Source of the DNA: an uncultured Acetatifactor sp.
GTDB lineage: Bacteria; Bacillota; Clostridia; Lachnospirales; Lachnospiraceae
Assembly (NCBI GenBank): GCA_947627115.1
Contig: CANQUQ010000009.1
Span: forward strand, 14,829 to 78,828
DNA length: 64,000 nt
Direction: 5' to 3'
In this document: one piece after another, positions 56,197-64,000 of the stretch
How positions within the stretch are numbered: the stretch's first letter is position 1
Layout: each line of letters opens with the position of its first letter
Notes under the pieces: generated by a model
The model's database searches: none
What the model was told of the DNA's origin: nothing
What the model saw: only the letters and a program-made list of their open reading frames with translations
Made by a program: the position numbers and the translations under genes

Positions 56197-58182
56197 ATGA
56201 GGAGCATGGAACTGCAGATTACCGACAGGCGCGGAGTTCCCGTTGCGGAGAATATGATCGGTCTGTTCTTTGAAGATATCAACTATGCTGCGGACGGAGG
56301 TCTGTACGCGGAGCTCATAGAGAACAGGGCCTTTGAATTTCAGGAGTGCTGTGGGAGGAACGGTGACTTTTACACCAGACAGGACAGCGGATATGGCTGG
56401 ACCGCCACCAGGCAGCACGGTGAGGGCAGGATGGAGTATGTTTCGGGCAGCCCGGTCCACAGGAACAATCCCCATTATCTGAGGTTTACGGCATCCTGTG
56501 CAGGACAGGGCTTTGCCAACAAGGCCTATCGGGGATTGTTCCTGAAAAAAGGGCAGGATTATCATGTCTCGTTCTATGCCAGGGCGGCAGCTTACGGGGG
56601 AGATTTTGAGGTCCGTGTGGAGAAGGACGGAAAATGTTATGGGGCGCGGACCGTGTCCTGTGTGCATGCGCCCGGTGACAGCTGGCAGAAATGGCAGAAG
56701 TACGAGACGGTACTCACACCGGAGGAAGACACGGAGGGCGCCCTGTTCATTCTTTCCCTCACCCAACCGGGGACAGCGGAGTTTGATTTTATCTCCATGA
56801 TGCCCGCGGATGCGGTGGCAGGTGTCTTCCGCAGGGATCTGTTCAATTTGCTCAAGGACTTAAAGCCGGGCTTTCTGCGCTTTCCGGGCGGCTGCGTGGT
56901 GGAGGGCTGCACTCTGGAGAACCGCTATCGCTGGAAGGACAGTGTGGGCCCCGTCGAGGAGCGCCGTCCCAACTTTAACCGCTGGGCCACCTCGGATGCG
57001 TCGGAAGAGAACGGCTGGTGTTCCGTCTGGTCACATTACAATCAGACCCTTGGGCTTGGCTATTACGAATATTTCCTGCTGTGCGAGCTGATCGGCGCGA
57101 AGCCGCTTCCGGTGCTTTCCGTGGGGCTTGCGTGTCAGTTCCAGTCCTATGAGCTGGTGGAGCCCGCAGATCCCGCGTTCAGTGAATTTGTGCAGGATGC
57201 GCTGGATCTGATCGAGTTCGCCAACGGCGGCGAGGACACCCGGTGGGGCAGTCTTCGCGTAAGGATGGGGCATCCTGCGCCCTTTGGCCTTGACATGCTG
57301 GGCATCGGCAACGAACAGTGGGAGACCCCGCAGACAAAGTTCTTTGAGCGATACAGTGCCTTTGAGAGAGCGATACATGAAAGGTATCCCAGGATCCGGC
57401 TGATCGGTTCCGCCGGGCCGGATGTCACGTCGGAGCATCACCGCGCCGCGTGGAATTTTTATTACGGCAGGGGAAGGGAGAACCAACGGTTCTGCTATGC
57501 GGTGGATGAACACTATTACATGAAGCCGGAGTGGTTCTACGGTCACACGGACTTCTATGACGATTATTCCAGGGATGTGAAGGTCTTCTCCGGGGAATAT
57601 GCGGCGCACCCCGCGTACGGTGAGGGGGACAAGACCGCGGCGAACACGTTGGGAGGCGCGCTGGCGGAGGCGGCTTTTCTGACCGGCGTGGAGCGCAATG
57701 CCGATCTTGTGGTGATGGCGTCCTACGCGCCCCTGTTCGCACGCGTGGGATATGCCCAGTGGACGCCGGATCTGATCTGGTTCGACGAGCGGCACGCCTA
57801 TGGAACACCCAGCTACTATGTGCAGAAAATGTACAGTGAAAATCTCGGTACGGTCACGGTGCCCATGCAGGGACAGGAGAAGGCTCTGGCGCGGGAGGGC
57901 GTCTACCTCGGTCTGAGCCTGGACAGGAAGAGCGGGGAGCTGATCGTAAAGGCGGTAAATCACGGCCCGGAGGAAAAGGAGATCCGTCTGATCCTGCCGG
58001 AGGGGTGGAGATTGGATGCCCAGGCCAGCTGGCAGGTCCTTGCCGGCGGTGAGGAGGATCGCAATACTCTGAAGGACCCGGAACACGTGTCCGTGAAAAA
58101 GACGAGGCGTCCCTTCGAGGGGTCTTTAAAGCTTGCGCCCATGAGCTTTTCCGTGGTGCGGATCTCAGGAACGGTCCTCTGA
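56197..58182 (+). CDS. Alpha-L-arabinofuranosidase (GH51)
   Basis: FFEDINYAADGGLYAEL, LRFPGGC, GIGNEQW, SGEYA, ASYAPLF. Confidence 0.92.
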   Translation: MRSMELQITDRRGVPVAENMIGLFFEDINYAADGGLYAELIENRAFEFQECCGRNGDFYTRQDSGYGWTATRQHGEGRMEYVSGSPVHRNNPHYLRFTASCAGQGFANKAYRGLFLKKGQDYHVSFYARAAAYGGDFEVRVEKDGKCYGARTVSCVHAPGDSWQKWQKYETVLTPEEDTEGALFILSLTQPGTAEFDFISMMPADAVAGVFRRDLFNLLKDLKPGFLRFPGGCVVEGCTLENRYRWKDSVGPVEERRPNFNRWATSDASEENGWCSVWSHYNQTLGLGYYEYFLLCELIGAKPLPVLSVGLACQFQSYELVEPADPAFSEFVQDALDLIEFANGGEDTRWGSLRVRMGHPAPFGLDMLGIGNEQWETPQTKFFERYSAFERAIHERYPRIRLIGSAGPDVTSEHHRAAWNFYYGRGRENQRFCYAVDEHYYMKPEWFYGHTDFYDDYSRDVKVFSGEYAAHPAYGEGDKTAANTLGGALAEAAFLTGVERNADLVVMASYAPLFARVGYAQWTPDLIWFDERHAYGTPSYYVQKMYSENLGTVTVPMQGQEKALAREGVYLGLSLDRKSGELIVKAVNHGPEEKEIRLILPEGWRLDAQASWQVLAGGEEDRNTLKDPEHVSVKKTRRPFEGSLKLAPMSFSVVRISGTVL

Positions 58183-58448
58183 TCTGCCTGTGAGGGCTGC
58201 CGGGGAAAACGGGCGGGGAAATGGCCGGGGAAAACGGCCGAAAAAAACGGCCGGAGGCGGCAGCCGGCTTCCGATATCCGGCCGGTGCGGCAGGGATAAA
58301 ATGTTGTGACTAATTTTTACAGGGGTCTTGCCTTTCGGACAAAATTCATATATAATGTTCTGATGTAGGCACATGCTTACAAAACTGGTATAGGAAAAGA
58401 TTGTCTTTCGATCAATTCCGGGCGATACTATATTAAAAGGAGAGAAAA

Positions 58449-58853
58449 ATGGACGGACAAAATTTTGAAAACGGACAGAGTACTGAGAATCAGGTCCAGT
58501 CTGAGACCTCGTACAACAACTATCAGAACAATGTGGAGACCACATCCTATCAGGGCGTTCCTGTGGTGGAGGACGCCGGTTCCGGCAAGGCGAACGGAAT
58601 GCAGATCGCCAGCCTGGTAGTCGGTATTTTTTCCATCCTGATCTGCTGCTGCTACGGCGTGCCTTCCATCATCGCGGGAATTGTGGGTATTATTCTTGCG
58701 ATAATGGGCAATAAGCAGGGCAAGAACGGAGTGGGGACCGCCGGTCTTGTGTGCTCGATCATCGGCCTTGTCCTGGGCACTGTGTTCCTGATCTTAATGG
58801 TGCTTGGCGTTGCAGCCGGCAGCATGGACTCTATGCTCAATGAATACTATTAA
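58449..58853 (+). CDS. DUF4190-like small membrane protein
   Basis: Polar N-terminus, then IASLVVGIFSI...GIVGIILAI...AGLVCSIIG. Confidence 0.75.
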   Translation: MDGQNFENGQSTENQVQSETSYNNYQNNVETTSYQGVPVVEDAGSGKANGMQIASLVVGIFSILICCCYGVPSIIAGIVGIILAIMGNKQGKNGVGTAGLVCSIIGLVLGTVFLILMVLGVAAGSMDSMLNEYY

Positions 58854-59283
58854 GGAGCAGTCCCCCAAGACATTGGAGGATGAATTATATCCGGTAGGAC
58901 TGATCTGCCTGGGCGTGGCGGCTGTCTGCCTGCCCGTCTTTCTGAAGTTCGTTCTGCCATGGTTCGATGACCGGCATTTGGGGTGCGCCTTCTGGACGTT
59001 CCTTGGAGCCTACTGCCCCGGCTGCGGAGGAACGCGTGCCGTGAAAGCGCTCCTGCAGGGACATTTTCTGGAGTCGCTCTGGTATCATCCGGTCGTGCCG
59101 TATGGCGTGGCGCTGTATCTGATGTTCATGATCTCCTGGACATTTGCAAAGCTGCATCTGTTCGGGATAAAAACGGGCGTGAAATTTCGCGCCGGTTATC
59201 TCTATGCCATGCTGGTCATCATAGCGGTCAACTTTGTATTAAAAAATGTTCTGAAGTTCTGCTTTGGGATCGTTATGCTGTGA
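58840..59283 (+). CDS. DUF2752-like membrane protein
   Basis: CAFWTFLGAYCPGCGGTRA...SLWYHP. Confidence 0.8.
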   Translation: MNTIKEQSPKTLEDELYPVGLICLGVAAVCLPVFLKFVLPWFDDRHLGCAFWTFLGAYCPGCGGTRAVKALLQGHFLESLWYHPVVPYGVALYLMFMISWTFAKLHLFGIKTGVKFRAGYLYAMLVIIAVNFVLKNVLKFCFGIVML

Positions 59284-59378
59284 GCGGTAAAATGATAGTA
59301 TCATGATAATATCAACCGTACAAACTGCCTGTCCTGTGAGGACCGTGCAGGAATTTTAAGGGAAAAGGAGAAAAGAAA

Positions 59379-59669
59379 ATGAGTACAAAGGCAACGAACA
59401 TTGTAGCGTATATCGGCTGGATCGGCTGGATCATCGCTATCTGCGCAGGGGATAAGGAGAATTGCAAGGTGCATCTGAACAACGCTCTGCTCCTCAATCT
59501 TGCAGTGATCATATTCGGCATCATCAGCGTGATACCTGTAGTCGGCTGGATCATTGGATGTATCGGCTGGATCGCTTGGCTCGTATTCTGGATCATGGGA
59601 CTGATTTCCGCAATTCAGGATACCGACAAAGAGCTTCCTCTGATCGGCGGCATCAAGATCATCAAGTAA
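59379..59669 (+). CDS. Small membrane protein (DUF4870/Tic20-like)
   Basis: VAYIGWIGWI...VHLNNAL...IPVVGWI...LPLIGGIKIIK. Confidence 0.72.
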   Translation: MSTKATNIVAYIGWIGWIIAICAGDKENCKVHLNNALLLNLAVIIFGIISVIPVVGWIIGCIGWIAWLVFWIMGLISAIQDTDKELPLIGGIKIIK

Positions 59670-59711
59670 GTCCTGAAGGCAGGCAGGGAAAAACCCTGGA
59701 AGTCAAAAAAC

Positions 59712-59746
59712 AAAAGCGGTTCAGCTGAAGGCTGAGCCGCTTTTTT
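59712..59746. terminator. Bidirectional intrinsic terminator
   Basis: aaaagcggttcagc-tgaag-gctgagccgctttt. Confidence 0.85.
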
Positions 59747-59795
59747 GAATTTCTTTCCGCATCCTGTCTTTTTCTGCCCTTACGGCACTGCGGTG

Positions 59796-60269
59796 CTATT
59801 CCTCATATTCGATGGTCAGATCGGCGTCGTCCGGTTCCTCGCCGTGAAGGAAGGCAATGATGATCTGCAGTCTCTTGTATGCCCTGGAATAATTCTCCTT
59901 CGCGTAGGCCGCAGCGTACTCGTCATAGGACCCGTCACGGAATGCATCGTGATAACTGGAGACGGCCTCTGTCATGTATGTGCTGGACTGGTCGGCCAGC
60001 TCCTCCAGGTAATCGAATTCATCCGGGAAATCCATATCCGCAAAGGATTGAAATGCCGCGTCAAGCTCGTCCAGATAGGAGAGGAGCTCCGCGGTGGCGT
60101 TCTCCGATTCCGCGTCGATGCCGTTGATGGCGCTGTCTATCTCGGATACCTTTGTACAGAAATCATCCATGCTGTTCCGGAACTGTGTCAATTCGGAATC
60201 TCTGCCGCATGAGGTGAGGAAAGCAGTGGTCAGGACTGCTGCAAACAGCAGAATAAATCGTTTTTTCAA
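59796..60269 (-). CDS. Hypothetical helical lipoprotein
   Basis: TTG start after GGAGG; lipobox LTSC; acidic. Confidence 0.75.
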   Translation of the reverse strand: MKKRFILLFAAVLTTAFLTSCGRDSELTQFRNSMDDFCTKVSEIDSAINGIDAESENATAELLSYLDELDAAFQSFADMDFPDEFDYLEELADQSSTYMTEAVSSYHDAFRDGSYDEYAAAYAKENYSRAYKRLQIIIAFLHGEEPDDADLTIEYEE

Positions 60270-60461
60270 TGATTAACCCTCCAATGTGTGTCTGCCGTAC
60301 GACCGGCTGCCGATATATTCCACATACCATTAAAATTTACCACAATTCGCACAATTTCGCAACTACTTTCCGGCAAAAGGTGAAATCCTCCTCTTTACGA
60401 CTAAAACATGTCTGTGGTATGATAAACATAAGTTTGCAGGAGAGAAAGGCATATCGACCGA

Positions 60462-62975
60462 ATGACGAGGGAAGAGTTTGAAAGACTTTCAAATAAATAT
60501 CTGTATCTGGACGGTGCCACAGGCTCCAATCTGGTAAAAGCGGGCATGCCCTCCGGCGTCTGCCCTGAGCAGTGGATCCTGGAGCATCCGGATAAAATGC
60601 TGGAGCTGCAGAGGGAATACGTCGCGGCGGGGACGGATATCCTCTACGCGCCCACCTTCACGGCGAACCGCATCAAGCTGGCCGAGTACGGGCTGGAGGG
60701 ACAGCTGGAGGATATGATCGGTGCGCTTGTGGCGATCTCAAGAGAGGCCGCCGATTCCGCGGGAGACCGCACCGTCTATGTGGCCGGCGACCTGACGATG
60801 ACGGGAGAGCAGCTTTGGCCTGTCGGCAGCATGGAGCTGGAGACACTGATCGACGTGTATAAGGAACAGATCCGGGCCCTGGAGAAGGCGGGAGCGGATC
60901 TGCTGGCGGTGGAGACCATGATGAGCCTGGCCGAAGCCAGGGCCGCGCTGATAGCGGCAAAGGAGGTCTGTGAGCTCCCTGTGATGGTGACCATGACTTT
61001 CGAGGAGGACGGAAGGACGCTGTACGGCACGGATGCAGTGACTGCGGCGGTAGTGCTGGAAAGCCTGGGAGCCTGTGCGGTGGGAGTCAACTGTTCCACG
61101 GGCCCTGCCCGCATGAAGGAGATCGTGTCGGAGATGGCGGCATGTACGCGGATCCCCATTATCGCAAAGCCCAATGCCGGGCTGCCGTGTCTGGACGGGG
61201 AGGGCCGCACCTTCTACAATATGGACGCGGAGGAATTCGCGGAGGAAATGAAGCAGCTGGCGGAGGCGGGAGCGACCGTACTGGGAGGCTGCTGCGGTAC
61301 GACTCCGGAATTTATCCGAAAAATTTTTGAGACCTTCGGCCGTGATATCCCGCACCATCCCGACAGACGCCGGGAGGGGATCCACTATCTTACGTCTGAG
61401 CGCAGGACTCTGCGCTTCGGCCTTGAAGACGGCTTTTTTATTGTGGGCGAGCGCATCAATCCCACCGGCAAGAAGGCGCTGCAGGCCCAGCTGCGGGAGG
61501 GATGCATGGACAGGGTGCTGCAGCTGGCGGAGGAGCAGGAGCAGGGCGGCGCACAGGTCCTGGACATCAACATGGGCATGAGCGGCATCGACGAGAAGGA
61601 GATGATGCTGCGGACGATCCGGGAGGTGGGCGGAGTGACCGACCTGCCTCTTTCTCTGGATTCCAGCCATGTGGATGTGCTGGAGGCCGCGCTGAGGAAT
61701 TATCCGGGCAGAGCGCTGATCAACTCCGTATCCCTTGAAAAAGAAAAGTACGAGAAGCTGATCCCCACGGCCAAAAAATACGGCGCCATGTTCATCCTGC
61801 TTCCCCTTTCCGACAGGGGACTGCCGGAAAGCCTTGAGGAGAAGAAGGAAATCATAGAGACCGTGTTGAAGAGGGCCTATGAATGCGGTCTGAGCAGGGA
61901 CGATGTGGTGGTGGACGGTCTGGTGGCCACGGTGGGCGCGAACAGAAACGCCGGCCTGGAGACGCTGGAGACTATCCACTACTGCAGAGAGAAGGGGCTG
62001 GCCACCGTCTGCGGCCTTTCCAACATCTCCTTCGGGATGCCGGAACGGGGCTTTGTGAATACGGCGTTCGTGACGCTGGCGATCCGGGAGGGGCTGACCA
62101 TGGCCATCGCCAATCCCTCTCAGGAGCTTCTGGTCAGCTGCGCGCTGGCGGCGGATCTGCTTCTGGCAAAGAGGGAAGCGGACATCCGCTATATAGAATA
62201 CGCCGGGACCGTGGCGGAGAACAGGAAGGCAAGAGAGGCCAGAGCCGCCGCAGAGCCGAAGCCCGTCAGGGAGACGGAGACTGGCGGCAGCCCGGCAGAC
62301 CGGACCGGACCGGACCGGAGCGCCGGGGCGGAAGGGGATGAGAGCCCTATGGCCGCTGCCCTGAGGCATGCCGTGCGAAAGGGGAACCGAAACGGTATCG
62401 CGGCGATCACAAGGGATGCGCTGGCGGCCGGTGAGGAGCCTCAATTCCTCCTGGACCGCGTTCTGATTCCCGCCATCAATGAGGTCGGAGAGCTGTTCGA
62501 TCAGGGGAAATATTTCCTGCCCCAGCTGATAGGCAGCGCCGAGGCCATGAAGAATTCCATCGAGGTCCTGGAGCCTCTCTTGAGACAGACTTCGGATTCC
62601 CGCCACATGCCGGTGGTGGTCATTGCCACCGTGGAGGGGGACATCCATGATATCGGCAAGAACCTGGTGGCCATGATGCTGAAAAATTACGGTTTTCAGG
62701 TCATCGACCTGGGAAAGGACGTGCCCAGGGAGGAGATCGTCCGGGCGGCTGAGGAGAACCACGCACAGATTATCGCGCTTTCGGCGCTGATGACCACTAC
62801 CATGCAGCGGATGCGGGAGGTGATCGCGCTTGTGAAGGAGCGGGGGCTTCCGGCCAAGGTCATGATCGGAGGGGCTGTCATCACGCAGGACTACGCGGAT
62901 GAGATCGGAGCGGACGGATACTCTCAGGATGCTGCGGAGGCCGTCAGGCTGGCTCAGCGGTTGACCGGCCAATAG
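60462..62975 (+). CDS. metH: B12-dependent methionine synthase lacking the AdoMet reactivation domain
   Basis: LDGATG, GVNCS, GGCCGT (Zn); GERINPTGK and pterin domain; DIHDIGKNLV (DxHxxG). Confidence 0.9.
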   Translation: MTREEFERLSNKYLYLDGATGSNLVKAGMPSGVCPEQWILEHPDKMLELQREYVAAGTDILYAPTFTANRIKLAEYGLEGQLEDMIGALVAISREAADSAGDRTVYVAGDLTMTGEQLWPVGSMELETLIDVYKEQIRALEKAGADLLAVETMMSLAEARAALIAAKEVCELPVMVTMTFEEDGRTLYGTDAVTAAVVLESLGACAVGVNCSTGPARMKEIVSEMAACTRIPIIAKPNAGLPCLDGEGRTFYNMDAEEFAEEMKQLAEAGATVLGGCCGTTPEFIRKIFETFGRDIPHHPDRRREGIHYLTSERRTLRFGLEDGFFIVGERINPTGKKALQAQLREGCMDRVLQLAEEQEQGGAQVLDINMGMSGIDEKEMMLRTIREVGGVTDLPLSLDSSHVDVLEAALRNYPGRALINSVSLEKEKYEKLIPTAKKYGAMFILLPLSDRGLPESLEEKKEIIETVLKRAYECGLSRDDVVVDGLVATVGANRNAGLETLETIHYCREKGLATVCGLSNISFGMPERGFVNTAFVTLAIREGLTMAIANPSQELLVSCALAADLLLAKREADIRYIEYAGTVAENRKAREARAAAEPKPVRETETGGSPADRTGPDRSAGAEGDESPMAAALRHAVRKGNRNGIAAITRDALAAGEEPQFLLDRVLIPAINEVGELFDQGKYFLPQLIGSAEAMKNSIEVLEPLLRQTSDSRHMPVVVIATVEGDIHDIGKNLVAMMLKNYGFQVIDLGKDVPREEIVRAAEENHAQIIALSALMTTTMQRMREVIALVKERGLPAKVMIGGAVITQDYADEIGADGYSQDAAEAVRLAQRLTGQ

Positions 62976-63033
62976 AATATGCGGGGCCATGATAAAGAGA
63001 AAGCTGTCCGTCGGCAGCGGAAACGAGGTAGAA

Positions 63034-64000
63034 ATGATAGGAGCAGATGCAATCATAAAATGTCTGGAGGCGGAGGGAGTCACAACGGTGTTCGGCTATC
63101 CGGGAGTGGCTATCTGTCCCTTTTACAACAGTATCCTGGAATCGGATATCAGGACGGTCCTGGTCAGGACGGAGCAGAACGCGGCCCACGCGGCCAGCGG
63201 TGTGTCGAGAATGACGGGAAGGCCCGGCGTGTGCGCGGTGACCTCCGGGCCCGGCGCCACCAATGTGATCACGGGCATTGCCACCGCCTTCGCGGACAGC
63301 ATTCCCCTGATCTGCATCACCGGCCAGGTGAACAGCGAGCTTTTGGGAAGCGACGTGTTCCAGGAGGCTGACATCACCGGTGCGGTGGAGTCGTTCGTAA
63401 AATACAGTTATCTTGTGAGAAGGGCGGAGGATATTCCGAGAATATTCAAGGAGGCGTTCCACATTGCCAACACGGGACGAAAGGGCCCGGTGCTGATCGA
63501 CGTGCCCATTGACGTGCAGAATGCGCCCCTCTCCCGATTTAAGTATCCGGAGGAGGTGAACCTGCGGACCTATAAGCCTACCGTCAAGGGTCACGCGGTG
63601 CAGATCAAAAAGGTCATAAAGGAGCTGGAAAAGGCGGAAAGACCTCTGATCTGTGCCGGCGGCGGCGTGCTTCTCAGCGACGCGCAGGATGAGCTGAGGA
63701 GCTTTTCCGAGAAGCACGGCATCCCCGTGGTGTCGACCATGATGGGAAAGGGCGTCATGCCCACGGAGCATCCCCTGTATTACGGTATGGTGGGCAACAA
63801 CGGTATGGCTTACGCCAACCGCGCCATGAACGAATGTGATCTGCTGATCATGGTAGGGGCGAGGGTCGCGGACAGGGCGGTGAACCAGCCGGACCTGATC
63901 ACCAGGGACAAGGTGCTGGTGCACATCGATGTGGATCCGGCGGAGATCGGAAAGAACGCAGGCCCCACCATTCCGCTGGTAGGCGACGCCAAGCATATCT
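63034..64000 (+). CDS. ilvB: Second acetolactate synthase large subunit (3'-partial)
   Basis: ATG at 63034 after GAGG: MIGADAIIKCL..FGYPG, TEQNAAHAASG, TSGPGATN, GRKGPV; frame open to the window end, so absent from the ORF track. Confidence 0.92.
   Translation, partial: MIGADAIIKCLEAEGVTTVFGYPGVAICPFYNSILESDIRTVLVRTEQNAAHAASGVSRMTGRPGVCAVTSGPGATNVITGIATAFADSIPLICITGQVNSELLGSDVFQEADITGAVESFVKYSYLVRRAEDIPRIFKEAFHIANTGRKGPVLIDVPIDVQNAPLSRFKYPEEVNLRTYKPTVKGHAVQIKKVIKELEKAERPLICAGGGVLLSDAQDELRSFSEKHGIPVVSTMMGKGVMPTEHPLYYGMVGNNGMAYANRAMNECDLLIMVGARVADRAVNQPDLITRDKVLVHIDVDPAEIGKNAGPTIPLVGDAKHI

Noticed and set aside
60270-60461. SAM riboswitch or T-box upstream of metH; also checked the gltX, leuB and serC leaders
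   Set aside because: No S-box core or T-box AAGGTGGTACC-terminator pattern is visible, and the leaders are too short.
60738-63083. 781-aa minus-strand ORF, and similar long antisense ORFs (25753-27930, 20707-22563, 30499-32202, 5026-6498, 1290-2693, 42104-43525)
   Set aside because: These are antisense shadows of well-supported genes, expected with GC-rich third positions. They have no motifs and unnatural His/Arg/Gly-rich composition.

Overview
Core-genome-like stretch (~57% GC by eye) from an anaerobic, probably spore-forming Clostridia/Lachnospiraceae-type bacterium; the taxon is inferred from gene content. It holds amino-acid biosynthesis genes (proB/proA, aroC, leuB-ilvD-ilvB, serC-serA, argH, asd, metH, a second ilvB), gltX, tgt-yajC, topB, ppa, a group B-like [FeFe]-hydrogenase, several peptidoglycan enzymes, two ABC systems, two mechanosensitive-channel-related genes, a GGDEF-EAL protein and tRNA-Thr(CGT). 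An AT-rich accessory segment starts at ~48.4 kb. I found no CRISPR array, integrase, transposase or rRNA. Most notable: (1) both glycogen-type GH13 genes look catalytically impaired: a GlgX-like protein has lost all three catalytic carboxylate motifs and GlgB has Asn at its nucleophile Asp plus a 33-bp-repeat Lys/Ala tail; (2) a low-GC Panacea(DUF4065)-PemK/MazF-like toxin-antitoxin pair whose toxin C-terminal helix lies in the -1 frame behind an A5 run; (3) the uncharacterised NifU-like + GGGtGRT pair; (4) a sigmaK-type promoter in front of a Cys-rich small protein; (5) DUF1015 with a ParB/Srx DGHHR motif beside serC-serA. All family calls come from motif recognition, not database searches.
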